Of a DNA stretch of 64,000 nt, positions 26,650 through 40,109 are shown piece by piece (the first letter of the stretch is position 1; the number at the start of each line of letters is the position of its first letter). The DNA is from Eledone cirrhosa (lineage: Eukaryota): the NCBI GenBank assembly GCA_964016885.1, contig OZ024748.1, positions 1,860,001 to 1,924,000 on the forward strand, read 5' to 3'. Both the position numbers and the translations under genes were made by a program. The notes under the pieces are model-generated. The model ran no database searches. It saw nothing but the letters and a program-made list of their open reading frames with translations, and was not told where the DNA came from.

Positions 26650-27070
26650 GCTATGGCAGGATTTGAGTTCAGAACATCAATAGCTGAAACAAATACCACC
26701 AGGCATCCTGTTCAATGCTCTAACAATTCCACCAGTCCACTGCCCTAGACTGGTATTTTATTTATCAACCCCATGAAAGAATGATTAAAAGGTAAAGTTT
26801 ACCTCAGTGGGGTTTGAACTCAGAATGCAATGAGGCGTAACAAACCCTACAAGGCATCCCATCTGATACTTCAAGGATTCTGTCTGGCTACTGATTTAGG
26901 TTAATTCTTTACTTTATCCATTGGTTCCCTGGAAGAACGAAAGGCAAAGTTGACCTTGGTGGGGTTTGAACTCAGAAAGCAAGGAACCAGAACAAACACT
27001 GCAAGGCATTCTCCCTAATACTCTAAGGATTCTTCTGTCTGTCTATCGCTCTAGTCTAGTACTTTACTTT
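26650..27070 (-). mobile_element. Tandem array (~3 x 150 bp) of old tRNA SINE heads (Meta-domain-like family)
   Basis: Repeated gaaaggcaaagttgacct..ggggtttgaactcagaa..aaggcat..ctctaa.gattc. Confidence 0.65.
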
Positions 27071-27332
27071 ATGAATTGGTTCCTTGAAAAAAAATCGGAA
27101 TAAATGCTGTAAGGTTTTGCCATCTCTATGGTGATGATGATGATGGTGGTTATATATGACACTTTTACTGAATTCTTTCATGTATCAGCAGTAATTCTTA
27201 GAAAGTACTTTTAATGGTGAAGTTTAATGTTTTGGAAAACGGAAATATTACAAATCTCTTCTTGTTTTTCTTTTAAATCTACTTTTTACTTATTTACTTT
27301 CCCTGTGAATGACTTATCTTTTTCTAAATAAA

Positions 27333-30300
27333 TTGAAGGGTAAGGTGTCTCGTTGATCATATCTTGAGTAATATTGGAGGGCAAGGTGTCTTGTTGATCA
27401 TATCTTGAGTAATATTGGAGGGCAAGGTGTCTTGTTGATCATATCTTGAGTAATATTGGAGGGCAAGGTGTCTTGTTGATCATATCTTGAGTAATATTGG
27501 AGGGCAAGGTGTCTCGTTGATCATATCTTGAGTAATATTGGAGGGAAAGGTGTCTTGTTGATCATATCTTGAATAATATTGGAGGGCAAGGTGTCTCGTT
27601 GATCATATCTTGAGTAATATTGGAGGGAAAGGTGTCTTGTTGATCATATCTTGAGTAATATTGGAGGGAAAGGTGTCTTGTTGATCATATCTTGAATAAT
27701 ATTGGAGGGCAAGGTCTCTTGTTGATCATATCTTGAGTAATATTGGAGGGAAAGGTGTCTTGTTGATCATATCTTGAGTAATATTGGAGGGAAAGGTGTC
27801 TTGTTGATCATATCTTGAGTAATATTGGAGGGAAAGGTGTCTTGTTGATCATATCTTGAGTAATATTGGAGGGAAAGGTGTCTTGTTGATCATATCTTGA
27901 GTAATATTGGAGGGAAAGGTGTCTTGTTGATCATATCTTGAATAATATTGGAGGGCAAGGTCTCTTGTTGATCATATCTTGAGTAATATTGGAGGGAAAG
28001 GTCTCTTGTTGATCATATCTTGAGTAATATTGAAGAGTAAGGTGTCTTGTTGATCATATCTTGAGTAATATTGGAGGGAAAGGTCTCTTGTTGATCATAT
28101 CTTGAGTAATATTGGAGGGAAAGGTGTCTCGTTGATCATATCTTGAGTAATATTGGAGGGAAAGGTGTCTTGTTGATCATATCTTGAGTAATATTGGAGG
28201 GAAAGGTCTCTTGTTGATCATATCTTGAGTAATATTGGAGGGAAAGGTCTCTTGTTGATCATATCTTGAGTAATATTGAAGAGTAAGGTGTCTTGTTGAT
28301 CATATCTTGAGTAATATTGGAGGGAAAGGTCTCTTGTTGATCATATCTTGAGTAATATTGGAGGGAAAGGTGTCTCGTTGATCATATCTTGAGTAATATT
28401 GGAGGGAAAGGTCTCTTGTTGATCATATCTTGAGTAATATTGAAGAGTAAGGTGTCTTGTTGATCATATCTTGAGTAATATTGGAGGGAAAGGTCTCTTG
28501 TTGATCATATCTTGAGTAATATTGAAGAGTAAGGTGTCTTGTTGATCATATCTTGAGTAATATTGGAGGGAAAGGTCTCTTGTTGATCATATCTTGAGTA
28601 ATATTGAAGAGTAAGGTGTCTTGTTGATCATATCTTGAGTAATATTGGAGGGAAAGGTGTCTCGTTGATCATATCTTGAGTAATATTGGAGGGAAAGGTG
28701 TCTTGTTGATCATATCTTGAGTAATATTGGAGGGAAAGGTCTCTTGTTGATCATATCTTGAGTAATATTGGAGGGAAAGGTCTCTTGTTGATCATATCTT
28801 GAGTAATATTGGAGGGAAAGGTGTCTCGTTGATCATATCTTGAGTAATATTGGAGGGAAAGGTGTCTTGTTGATCATATCTTGAGTAATATTGGAGGGTA
28901 AGGTCTCTTGTTGATCATATCTTGAGTAATATTGGAGGGTAAGGTGTCTTGTTGATCATATCTTGAGTAATATTAGAGGGTAAGGTGTCTCGTTGATCAT
29001 ATCTTGAGTAATATTGGAGGGAAAGGTGTCTTGTTGATCATATCTTGAGTAATATTGAAGAGTAAGGTGTCTCGTTGATCATATCTTGAGTAATATTGGA
29101 GGGAAAGGTGTCTTGTTGATCATATCTTGAGTAATATTGAAGAGTAAGGTGTCTTGTTGATCATATCTTGAGTAATATTGGAGGGAAAGGTGTCTTGTTG
29201 ATCATATCTTGAGTAATATTGGAGGGAAAGGTGTCTTGTTGATCATATCTTGAGTAATATTGGAGGGAAAGGTGTCTTGTTGATCATATCTTGAGTAATA
29301 TTGGAGGGAAAGGTGTCTCGTTGATCATATCTTGAGTAATATTGGAGGGAAAGGTGTCTTGTTGATCATATCTTGAGTAATATTGGAGGGAAAGGTGTCT
29401 TGTTGATCATATCTTGAGTAATATTGGAGGGAAAGGTGTCTTGTTGATCATATCTTGAGTAATATTGGAGGGAAAGGTGTCTTGTTGATCATATCTTGAG
29501 TAATATTGGAGGTAAAGGTGTCTTGTTGATCATATCTTGAGTAATATTGGAGGGAAAGGTGTCTTGTTGATCATATCTTGAGTAATATTGGAAGGTAAGG
29601 TGTCTTGTTGATCATATCTTGAGTAATATTGGAGGGCAAGGTGTCTTGTTGATCATATCTTGAGTAATATTGGAGGGTAAGGTGTCTTGTTGATCATATC
29701 TTGAGTAATATTGGAGGGTAAGGACTCTTGTTGATCATATCTTGAGTAATATTGGAGGGAAAGGTGTCTTGTTGATCATATCTTGAGTAATATTGGAGGG
29801 CAAGGTGTCTTGTTGATCATATCTTGAGTAATATTGGAGGGCAAGGTGTCTTGTTGATCATATCTTGAGTAATATTGGAGGGCAAGGTGTCTTGTTGATC
29901 ATATCTTGAGTAATATTGGAGGGAAAGGTGTCTTGTTGATCATATCTTGAGTAATATTGGAGGGAAAGGTGTCTTGTTGATCATATCTTGAGTAATATTG
30001 GAGGGAAAGGTGTCTTGTTGATCATATCTTGAGTAATATTGGAGGGAAAGGTGTCTTGTTGATCATATCTTGAGTAATATTGGAGGGAAAGGTGTCTTGT
30101 TGATCATATCTTGAGTAATATTGGAGGGAAAGGTGTCTTGTTGATCATATCTTGAGTAATATTGGAGGGAAAGGTGTCTTGTTGATCATATCTTGAGTAA
30201 TATTGGAGGGAAAGGTGTCTTGTTGATCATATCTTGAGTAATATTGAAGAGTAAGGTGTCTCGTTGATCATATCTTGAGTAATATTGGAGGGAAAGGTGT

Positions 30301-31024
30301 CTTGTTGATCATATCTTGAGTAATATTGGAGGGAAAGGTGTCTTGTTGATCATATCTTGAGTAATATTGGAGGGAAAGGTGTCTTGTTGATCATATCTTG
30401 AGTAATATTGAAGGGCAAGGTGTCTTGTTGATCATATCTTGAGTAATATTGAAGAGTAAGGTGTCTTGTTGATCATATCTTGAGTAATATTGGAGGGTAA
30501 GGTGTCTTGTTGATCATATCTTGAGTAATATTGGAGGGTAAGGACTCTTGTTGATCATATCTTGAGTAATATTGGAGGGAAAGGTGTCTTGTTGATCATA
30601 TCTTGAGTAATATTGGAGGGAAAGGTCTCTTGTTGATCATATCTTGAGTAATATTGAAGAGTAAGGTGTCTTGTTGATCATATCTTGAGTAATATTGGAG
30701 GGAAAGGTGTCTTGTTGATCATATCTTGAGTAATATTGGAGGGTAAGGACTCTTGTTGATCATATCTTGAGTAATATTGAAGAGTAAGGTGTCTTGTTGA
30801 TCATATCTTGAGTAATATTGGAGGGAAAGGTGTCTTGTTGATCATATCTTGAGTAATATTGGAGGGCAAGGTGTCTTGTTGATCATATCTTGAGTAATAT
30901 TGGAGGGCAAGGTGTCTTGTTGATCATATCTTGAGTAATATTGAAGAGTAAGGTGTCTTGTTGATCATATCTTGAGTAATATTGAAGAGTAAGGTGTCTC
31001 GTTGATCATATCTTGAGTAATATT
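27333..31024. repeat. 41-bp minisatellite, ~90 copies
   Basis: Unit ggagggaaaggtgtcttgttgatcatatcttgagtaatatt, with a few recurring variants (ggagggc/t, gaagagt, ggtctc, ctcgtt). Confidence 0.98.
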
Positions 31025-31082
31025 CAATCAATTATGTGTGAGTTTTGGGGAAGAGAGTTGTGTATGTGGACAGGTGTGTGTG

Positions 31083-31290
31083 TGTGTGGTTGTGTGTATA
31101 TACTGTTGTATGTGTGGTTGTGTGTATATAGGGTTGTATTTGTGGTTGTGTGTATATAGGGTTGTATGTGTGGTTGTGTGTATATAGGGTTGTATTTGTG
31201 GTTGTGTGTATATAGGGTTGTATGTGTGGTTGTGTCTATATAGGGTTGTATGTGTGGTTGTGTGTATATAGGGTTGTATGTGTGGTTGTG
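31083..31290. repeat. 28-bp minisatellite, ~7 copies
   Basis: Unit tgtgtggttgtgtgtatatagggttgta. Confidence 0.9.
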
Positions 31291-32310
31291 ACTCATTTGT
31301 GTGAATAAATATGTAGTTTATGTATGTGTGTATGTATGCATGTTCACATGAATTCATGTGTGTATGTGTGCATGCTCACACGCATGCAAGAATGTGTAGT
31401 TGTGACTACATTCCTGTGAATAAATATATAATTTATGTGTATGCCTGTATTTATGTAGTATATATTTGTATGGACATCTGTGTCTATGTGTGCATCAATA
31501 TGGGAGTGTGTGTATATATGTAAGCATGCTCGCAAGAATGTGTAGTTATGACTACATTCCTGTGAATAAATATATAATGTCTCTGTATGTATGTACGTCT
31601 GTGTGTATGTATGCATATATCTATTTTTAACTAACTATCTATTTATCTATGTACATGTGTGAGTTTGTATGTGTGTGTGTGCTGTAAATGTGTTTTCAAT
31701 GTTTATTTAACAAGGGAACGTGGAACAGGTCACACAGTGTAAAAGGCCCCTTTGTTGTATTTTAACCACAAATGTATGTGACTGTCTGTGTATTTCTGTT
31801 TTGTAAATAGATTGAAATGGAAAATAATGGAGTTGTTTTACAGAAATCTTATGTTTCATATTTCAATGATGGCTTTCAATTTTTATTTTTATTTTTGTGT
31901 TTAAATTGAACACCTGCTCTTTGCAATTATAGAATCTGTATAATGGCCCAGTGTATGGGTTTGTGTGGTGGGAGAACTGATAGAGCTCGGGACTAAACTC
32001 CTTGCAGTATTTTTATGGTCTTCTTTGCTTTTTATTCACGAAGTTCAACGTAACTGACATTACTCTTCTCTCAAATGTGAGGCTTTTTGACTGTTAAGAA
32101 TCAGTATTTTCTTCCCTTTACATTTTTTTTTTTTTCATTTTTCAGAGATGTTTTGGAGTATTTGTTATGGCCATTTGCATTCTGAGTTCAAATTCTTAAA
32201 TGTAGTTATGATGCAAGGTTTTTAGATAAATATAAACATTTTAAAATAAACGATTTTGTATTGTAGAACTAGTCAGACCTGCTACCTTTTCACTTTGAGT
32301 GAATACATAA

Positions 32311-32555
32311 TATGGACATGTAGTTAGAATGTCTAAGGAAAGAATCACTGGAGAGATTTTATAGGCAAAGCCAACTGACAAAAGACTCAGAGGTAGACCA
32401 CGTGCAATATGGTTGGATTACTTCCATAAGCTCAGTTGGTTTCATTTGGGGATCTAGTCAGATCATTTGGAGATGGTTGCCTCTGTAAAGACCCTCTGGA
32501 AGACATGTCTGAGGACTCTGCCTCCAAGACCCTCTCATCAGTAAGTGGACAAAGA
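32311..32555 (+). mobile_element. Old RTE-clade LINE 3' fragment (third family)
   Basis: YGHVVRMSKERITGEIL*AKPTDKRLRGRPRAIWLDY..LGI*..W...LRTLPPRP, a typical RTE C-terminus with stops. Confidence 0.8.
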
Positions 32556-33083
32556 AGAAAAAGGAGAACCAGGGGCTATTTCTGGTGGTTTGATATCAAA
32601 CAAGTTAAGTCAGACCATCTGCTCAGGTGTCCTACTATTCCTACAGGTTTTATTAGAGAGTCTCTCTTCATACAACATTCAAGATAGTTCTTTCTTTCTT
32701 TTTTTCTTTTCTTTTTTATTCTGCTTTTTGTTCACTTTACCATCTCTGACCTCAACCTTCAGCTCTTTTGTTGCTTCCTCATATAGAGTCGGGGCAACAT
32801 CATTAATTGTGTGGAAATTTCCAACTGTTAGAATTTTTGAATTTCCAATTATTAGATATTTCCAATTGTTAGGTGTTTTTGGAAATCAATGGAGCAGATT
32901 TCCTTTTGTGTCCAGTCAAGTATCTCAGATGTTATTGTTGCCACTATTGCTCTTGGAACTATTTATTATTATTATTATTATCATTATTATTGTTATCATT
33001 ATTATTGGCCACTAATTTGTTATAAGAGGAAAAGCAACCATGAACCATACTTTTCTAAACTTAGAATATTATTTATTCTTCAA

Positions 33084-33117
<34 letters not shown>

Positions 33118-33384
33118 TCTGTCTCTCACTTGCTTGCTCTTTGTTCACAGAGCTATTGTTTGATATATTTCTAGTGATATGAAAATACTTGTATTTATTG
33201 CCTGAAACTGGAAAACAGAGTCAGAAAGATGCATTTGTTCTGGCTAAATTCCATTGCAATATCGCAAGATGATGTGTAGTACAGGAAATAATGTATTTGT
33301 ATGTATGCTCATTTCTTTCCTATTTATTCTTTAGATTTCTTGAATAAAGGAAAGGGACAGTTTACAATTAAGAAAATAGGCACA

Positions 33385-33540
33385 AACAAGATTGTGTGGT
33401 TAAAAAGTTCACATTGAAATCATGTGATTTCAAGTTCTCTCCAGCTGTGTCACACCTTGAGCAATTGTCATCTTCTACAGCTTTAGGATGACCTGTGTCT
33501 TGGATGTGAATTTGGTAGATGGAAAGCATAAGGAAGCCTA
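33385..33540 (+). mobile_element. Decayed tRNA-CORE SINE
   Basis: tgtgtggttaaaaagttc..caagttc..accttgagcaattgtcatcttctacag. Confidence 0.55.
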
Positions 33541-34127
33541 TTTCTCAATGATTAGCTGAACCACTGAATGACCCCTGGTTTCTGCTGCCCTGACATTCTC
33601 AGTATTTAGGGAAATTCAGATCATGAGCTCTGGTTTTACTAACATTTAACATGTGATTCTAAACAGTTCTTGCTGATGTTTAAATTCCAGTACAACAGAC
33701 CTTGTTTCTTAGGAAAGTAGTGGCCTAAAATTAAATTGGACCAAAAAAACAGTCTTTCAATTCTTGATATTATCTGCTGGTCACAATTGCTGGCAGAAGA
33801 AAGGAACCAATCACCAGATCAAACAAAGTAAAACATGTTTCTATTGGTCTTTCAATTGTTGCTACGATCTGCTGGTTGTAACTCCTCATTAGATACCAAT
33901 TAATCCCTTTCTTTATTGGAGTAATTTACAGAATAACAAACTAAGAGGCCAAACAGATACATACAGCATACATGTATAAAAACATTCCTTTAAACAGCAT
34001 TTATAGTATCTTCTCTGTTGGAATTCCTAGAAATTAAACATTTTGCCATGTCATCACTATCAGGATGCCTGGGGATCAATTGCTCTTTCACAACACTGCA
34101 TTTCCTTTTGGTTTCTGAAATAGATAG

Positions 34128-34180
<53 letters not shown>

Positions 34181-34455
34181 ATAGATCATCTCTTTGTCTA
34201 TCTTTGTCTGCCATTTTCTGTCACTTCTCTCTAATAGATCATCTTTCTGTCTATCACAGTTTATTTCTTTCTCAAGGACCATCTCTCTGTCTGTCTTACT
34301 GTCAGTCCCCACTCACATAGATAATTCCTTCCCTCCCTAAATAGCCATCTCTTTTTCTTTTTTGACAGACTTCCTCATAAATTTTCTTATTCATTCATTC
34401 ATACATTCCCATATACATATATATATAGCTACATAGACAGCACAGACAGACATAT

Positions 34456-34523
<68 letters not shown>

Positions 34524-36339
34524 TGAAGATCACAGATCATTTTGAGACAGGTGCCTTTTTGGTGTAATCAGTAGCACATATTTATTTATATGTATGTGTG
34601 TGTGTGTGTGAGAGAGATAGAGAGAGAGTGTGTGTGTGTGTGTATATAATATACATACAGAGTAAATTCTGTAATACCAGACTTCAACTTCTATGATGAG
34701 GGAGTGTGTGTTCCAAAGACATGTGTGTTCCCCATTCATAAATTCTGCCATCTTTATAGTGGCAAAGATGAATAGGGTGAACTTATGTCTTGCTTTGTAA
34801 CTTGTATATTGTTTGATATATCATAACTACTTTATTCACACTAATGTGATGTCACATATATATGTGTGTGTGTATAGTTTACGATCTACAAAATGGCCCA
34901 CTAACTACACATATTTCCCTGAAAAAAAATTATTCAATTTTCTTTCTTTTCTTACTCTTTCTTGTCTATCTTACTCTTTCTTCTTCTATCTCTCCTTATC
35001 TTCCAAGGAAGGACTTATTTTTGAAATATTAAGTCTCTTTTCCTATATCAAGCATTAAACAAATATATATCTTCATTGTATTATGCTATATTGTTCACAC
35101 TCCAGTTGTTTTTCTTTGTTGACTTTTCTCATAGATATAGTTTACATACATAGGAATACAATTTTGGTACAATGGAATAACTACTCTGTTTTAATTCCAG
35201 TTTCTTTTTCATTAAGCTTAGAGTGAATAAAACAAAACAATCTGTATATATAGCTTGTGTGCTACTGGTGAATGTATTTATGTTTATATAATATACATTT
35301 ATTGTAAGTTTTATCAATGGATTTGTCTTTATTTATCCCATTGTTTGTATACATTTAAACTCTAATTTCTACATTTTTATATGAATTGATTGAGTACTCT
35401 CATAAACTGAATCATGAAAATACATTTTACTATATTGTAAAATATCTATCAGTCTGTCTGTCTGCCTGTTTATCTATGTATCAATCTCTATTTGTCAATC
35501 TCCATCCATTCATCCATTGATTGATTGATTGATTCATTCATTGATTGATTGATTCATTCATTCATTCATTCACCCCTTCATTCTTCTGAGTGGATGGAGG
35601 TGATATGGAGTGTAGGGGATTCTTTGGTCTTGCAGTCAACATCTCTGGTGCTGGTAACATAAAAATTCCATTCAGTTTTTACTTCGTAGTAGTCAGTGTT
35701 AAACAAGCAAATTGATGGAATGAAGGAAAACAATATAGTGTAAAAGTAACTCCTTCCTTAATCTTGTGAGGAAATAACCTGTCTATTGTTCCTGACATGG
35801 AACATTAACCAAGCCCATGCTGTAAAGTAGAGTTATATAGAGAGCAGCCAGCCATTAAAAACAACAACACCCAAACCTCCTAAAAAAGAAGATACAGAAT
35901 TCTCCATGATAAAGATGGGGATGGAGTGGAAGTTGGGGTTTTCTGTTGTACACTCCAAATGAGGAGGATCATGGATTAGTGATGAGACCTGTCTAACCCA
36001 GGTCAGCATGGAAAAACAAAGTAAAATGATGATGATGCCATACACATGCTCTTTCTCATATATTCACATGTGTTCTTCCCCACACTCCCACACTCCCACA
36101 CGCACAAACACACAAACACACACACATACACACACATACACACATTTTCTATGCTCTCTTTCACACTTTCCCTCTCTCTCTCCATCTCTCTTCAAACTCT
36201 CCCTTCTCTAACATGTGTGTTTTTTATCCCCCACATCCCCCTCCTCCCTTAAATTCTTTCTTACTCTCCTCCTTCACTTAAATCTCTTACATATTTATAT
36301 CCCATCTCTCTCCAATGAACACATTCACTACTATTCTCA

Positions 36340-37415
36340 CTCTCTCTCTCTCTCTCTCTCTCTCCCTTTCTCCCCCTCTTCTCTCTCCCTTCTCCCCCTC
36401 TTCTCTCTCCCTTCTCCCCCTCTTCTCTCTCCCTTCTCCCCATCTTCTCTCTCCTTCTCCCCCTCTTCTCTCTCCCTTCTCCCCCTCTTCTCTCTCCCTT
36501 CTCCCCCTCTTCTCTCTCCCTTCTCCCCCTCTTCTCTCTCCCTTCTCCCCCTATTCTCCCCCCCCCCCCCTTCTCTCTCCCTTTCTCCCCCTCTTCTCTC
36601 TCCCTTTCTCCCCATCTTCTCTCTCCCTTTCTCCCCATCTTCTCTCTCCCTTTCTCCCCCTCTTCTCTCTCCCTTTCTCCCCCTCTTCTCTCTCCCTTTC
36701 TCCCCATCTTCTCTCTCCCTTTCTCCCCATCTTCTCTCTCCCTTTCTTCCCCCCTCTTCCCCCTCCCTTTCTCCCCATCTTCTCTCTCCCTTTCTCCCCA
36801 TCTTCTCTCTCCCTTTCTTCCCCCCTCTTCCCCCTCTTCTCTCTCCCTTTCTCCCCCTCTCCTCCTCTTCTATCTCTCTCTCTGTCTCACACACAGTCTC
36901 TTTTATCTTCTCTGTCACACTCACATACACATCTTTTCTTTTACTCTATCCCTCTTACACACACACACTCTCTCTCTCTCATATTTCCTAACTTATTCCC
37001 TTCAATCTCTTCTTTCTTCCTTTCTCTCTCTCCTCCCTCTCTCTCATTTTATCTAATCTGCTCTCTCACTCTCTCTCTACCTTTCATTCTCTCTATCTCT
37101 CTCTCATCCCCTCTAATCTGTTCTTTCTCTCGTTCTCTGTATCTTTCATTCCCACTAATCTTCTCTCTCTCTCTCATTCCCTCTAATCAACCCCCTCTCT
37201 CTCTCTCTCATTCACTCTAATCAACGCTCTCTCACTCTCTCCCATTCCCTCTAATCTTCTCTCTCTCTCACACTCTCTCATTCCCTCTAATCTTCTCTCT
37301 CTCACTCTCTCTCATTCCCTCTAATCTTCTCTCTCTCACTCTCTCTCATTCCCTCTAATCTTCTCTCTCTCACTCTCTCTCATTCCCTCTAATCAACCCC
37401 CTCTCTCTCTCTCTA
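36340..37415. repeat. Polypyrimidine minisatellites (~22-23-bp ccctttctccccctcttctctct; ~32-bp ctcattccctctaatcttctctctctcact)
   Basis: Direct reading; almost pure C/T on the plus strand over 36340-36880. Confidence 0.9.
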
Positions 37416-37699
37416 TCTCTCATACTCTGTTATGTACACACACATTCTATCACATATACAGTAGACACAGTTCAATATCATACTTCAGTAAATATATTCC
37501 TCATAAACTACACCCCCCTCCTCCCTTCATCGTCACTAAGGTAACTGAATTATTATATTTTTTTAACTTCCACATATTTCACCATAGCTTGGTCAATTCA
37601 TATTGTATTGTGCAAAGGAAGGAGGGTTCACATTCCACAAGTGGATCAACTATTTGATTTATCGACAAAGGATGTTCACTGCTAGGATTAGCGAAAACA

Positions 37700-37937
37700 A
37701 AGCAGTTGTTGACCATAGCTGGATTTGAACTGAAGAATATCAACAATATTGGTTTCTAATTTTGACGACACGCGGCCAGAAAAGTTGGTGAAAGGGCAAA
37801 GTTGATTAAATCTACTCTAATACTTAACTGGTACTGTATTTTATTAACACCAGAAGGATAAAAGGCAAAGTTGACCTCAGTGGGATTTGAACATCAGAAT
37901 GTAAAGTTTTTACATTCTGAGTTCAAATCCCGCTGAG
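37700..37937 (-). mobile_element. Meta-domain-like SINE ending in a fold-back
   Basis: aggataaaaggcaaagttgacctcagtgggatttgaac..agaatgtaaa followed by its inverted copy tttacattctgagttcaaatcccgctgag. Confidence 0.7.
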
Positions 37938-38075
37938 GGAGAGAAGAATATTAGAAAAACCTATTACAGTTCATTACCTCAGTCCATTTCCAATATTCTC
38001 AGTTAATTTGATTCTCAAATATTCTGAAGAAATGTTGCAATGACCGAGAAATCAAAATGAAGCAATGAACCTTTC

Positions 38076-38100
<25 letters not shown>

Positions 38101-38106
<6 letters not shown>

Positions 38107-38264
38107 CTTTGTCTCTCTTTTAGTCACTCACACAGACTCATTCCTTCTCTCTATTGTGCATTCTCACCCTCTTTCACTCTTTCCTCTCTCTTTGTCTCTC
38201 TTTTAGTCACTCACACAGACTCATTCCTTCTCTCTATTGTGCATTCTCACCCTCTTTCACTCTT
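38101..38264. repeat. 82-bp tandem duplication
   Basis: ctctctttgtctctcttttagtcactcacacagac...ctttcactcttt occurs twice. Confidence 0.9.
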
Positions 38265-38706
38265 TCTTCCTCAGTCTCTCTCAAGCAAACAATGTATGTA
38301 TGTGTGTGAATGTATATTTGTTTTTAGTGTTCAGATGTGTGGGAATATGGTGGAGGGAGGGAGCATGTTTATGGAAACAAAATAAAATGCTAAGTAGATA
38401 GATAGAGAGGGAGGGGGGAGGAGGATAGATAGATAAACAAATATATAGATAGATATATAGAGAGTTGGACATAGCGTAGTCAATAGGGTACCGGACAACC
38501 AACTGAAGCATATATTGGTCAGTTTAATGTCTATGTACATAAAACCATAAACATGTTCAGTGTATAGAGCAGTGGTATGGTTGTGGGTGGCTGTGTGTAT
38601 CTATGTCAGGCATATATATATGTGTGTGTGTAGCAGGGTGTATATATATATATGTGTGTGTGTAGCAGGGTGTATATATATATATGTGTGTGTGTGTAGC
38701 AGGGTG

Positions 38707-38739
<33 letters not shown>

Positions 38740-39103
38740 AGCAGGGTGTATATATGTGCATGTGTGTGTGTGCATGTAGGGTACGGTGGGGTTCAGAAAT
38801 TTCTTGACTTAGTGTAGTCATGTTGCTAGATTTCTTCAATGTTTATTTCCAAATATCTTTGTTGCTTTACATTTTCAAAAGGAAGTGATCTATGGATCTT
38901 TCAGATTGGCGGAGGGCATAGAGTGGTATGTTGGTTAGGGCAAGAGAACTAGGCTATTTCATGTAATATCTAAATATCATGACATTTAGATTCATGTAAT
39001 ACAAAGATATCAATGTATGTATGTGTGTATGTGCATACACTGTTTTACCTGTTCCAATCCAAATGGCTATGGCCATATATATATATATTTATATATATAT
39101 ATA

Positions 39104-39202
39104 TAGTAATAATAATAATAAATGCGAAGACTAAAATCCAAAGAGAGTTCGATAAGGATAAATATATATCAAATATATAAGAACCCTAGAGCAAATATTT
39201 AT
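39104..39202 (-). mobile_element. Second copy of the family F tail in (TA)n
   Basis: Reverse complement of 23181-23275 with few mismatches. Confidence 0.8.
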
Positions 39203-39300
39203 ATATATATATATATAGTTCAAGAAATGGCAAGATAAATGCAGCGATGCAAAAACACAAAGTTTTATTAATTTCATGGTTAGGAAGAAGTAAAAGAAGG

Positions 39301-39335
39301 TTTGAGGTTTTGGACATAAGTCATTCTTCAAGAAA
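39301..39335 (-). ncRNA. Dead hammerhead remnant related to 4801-4836
   Basis: Minus: tttc TTGAAGA a tgac-ttat-gtcc AAAA cc TC aaa. The downstream sequence resembles 4837-4930. Confidence 0.4.
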
Positions 39336-40005
39336 TGGAAAGTTAAAAAAAAAAAAAAGATGAAAAATCACATACGTACACACACACATACGTACACACT
39401 CCAGTTACTGTTGTGCAAATATGCTTTCATTTAACTCTGTCTTATGTGTCAATGTGACTGCATTTTTCTCTATGATATGAAAATTATATACATATATATA
39501 TATATATATACATATATATATACATACACACACACACCTATTAGTAGTATTTTTGCTGTGTTTCTCTTTGATATATATATATATGTGCATGTGATTGTGT
39601 GTGTACACCTTTGTGTGTATACGGTACAGTTACATTTTGATATGGAGAACCTCACTCAACACACACACATGCACATACACACACACACACAAACACACAT
39701 GCACACACAATGTACAAACATGCACTCTATCCGCATACATTCTTCCCCTACAGTTGTATGTGTTATTTCAGTTACTGTCTGTTTTTTCCATTTATTAATA
39801 ACAATTGCATGATCAGCGGTCTAGTTCTGAGTACCAGGAACTTTTAAATTGTAGCACAGATGTTTAGTTTGTTAAGAGTTGCCATTCTAATGGACATTTA
39901 CCAGAATTTTTCTAATATAATTGTTTGACTGTAAAAGTAGTGTTGTATACATGTGTATAGAAATGTTGTTTCCATGCATATTAATCTATGGAATTTATAT
40001 TTTAG

Positions 40006-40040
40006 GTAATCCTGAGATGGCAGCACTTTCTGTTGGAAAG
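40006..40040 (+). CDS. Candidate 35-nt host exon with start codon (MAALSVGK)
   Basis: tattttag|GTAATCCTGAG ATG GCA GCA CTT TCT GTT GGA AAG|gtaaga: AG acceptor, good Kozak (gagATGG), strong donor, phase 0, in non-repetitive DNA. No homology recognised. Confidence 0.4.
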
Positions 40041-40109
40041 GTAAGAGAAATTCCTTTCTTGTGTTCTTTTTCTTTTTAATTCCTGCTCTTTGATATTTGT
40101 AATTTCATC

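Noticed and set aside
27333-31024. CRISPR-like regular array
   Set aside because: No unique spacers; units are directly tandem; no cas genes; eukaryotic context.
36215-37220. Pro/Ser/Leu-rich and Arg/Glu/Gly-rich ORFs
   Set aside because: Translation of a CT minisatellite.
38781-38812. Mariner-like terminal motif (TA cggtggggttcagaaatttc)
   Set aside because: No partner TIR found.
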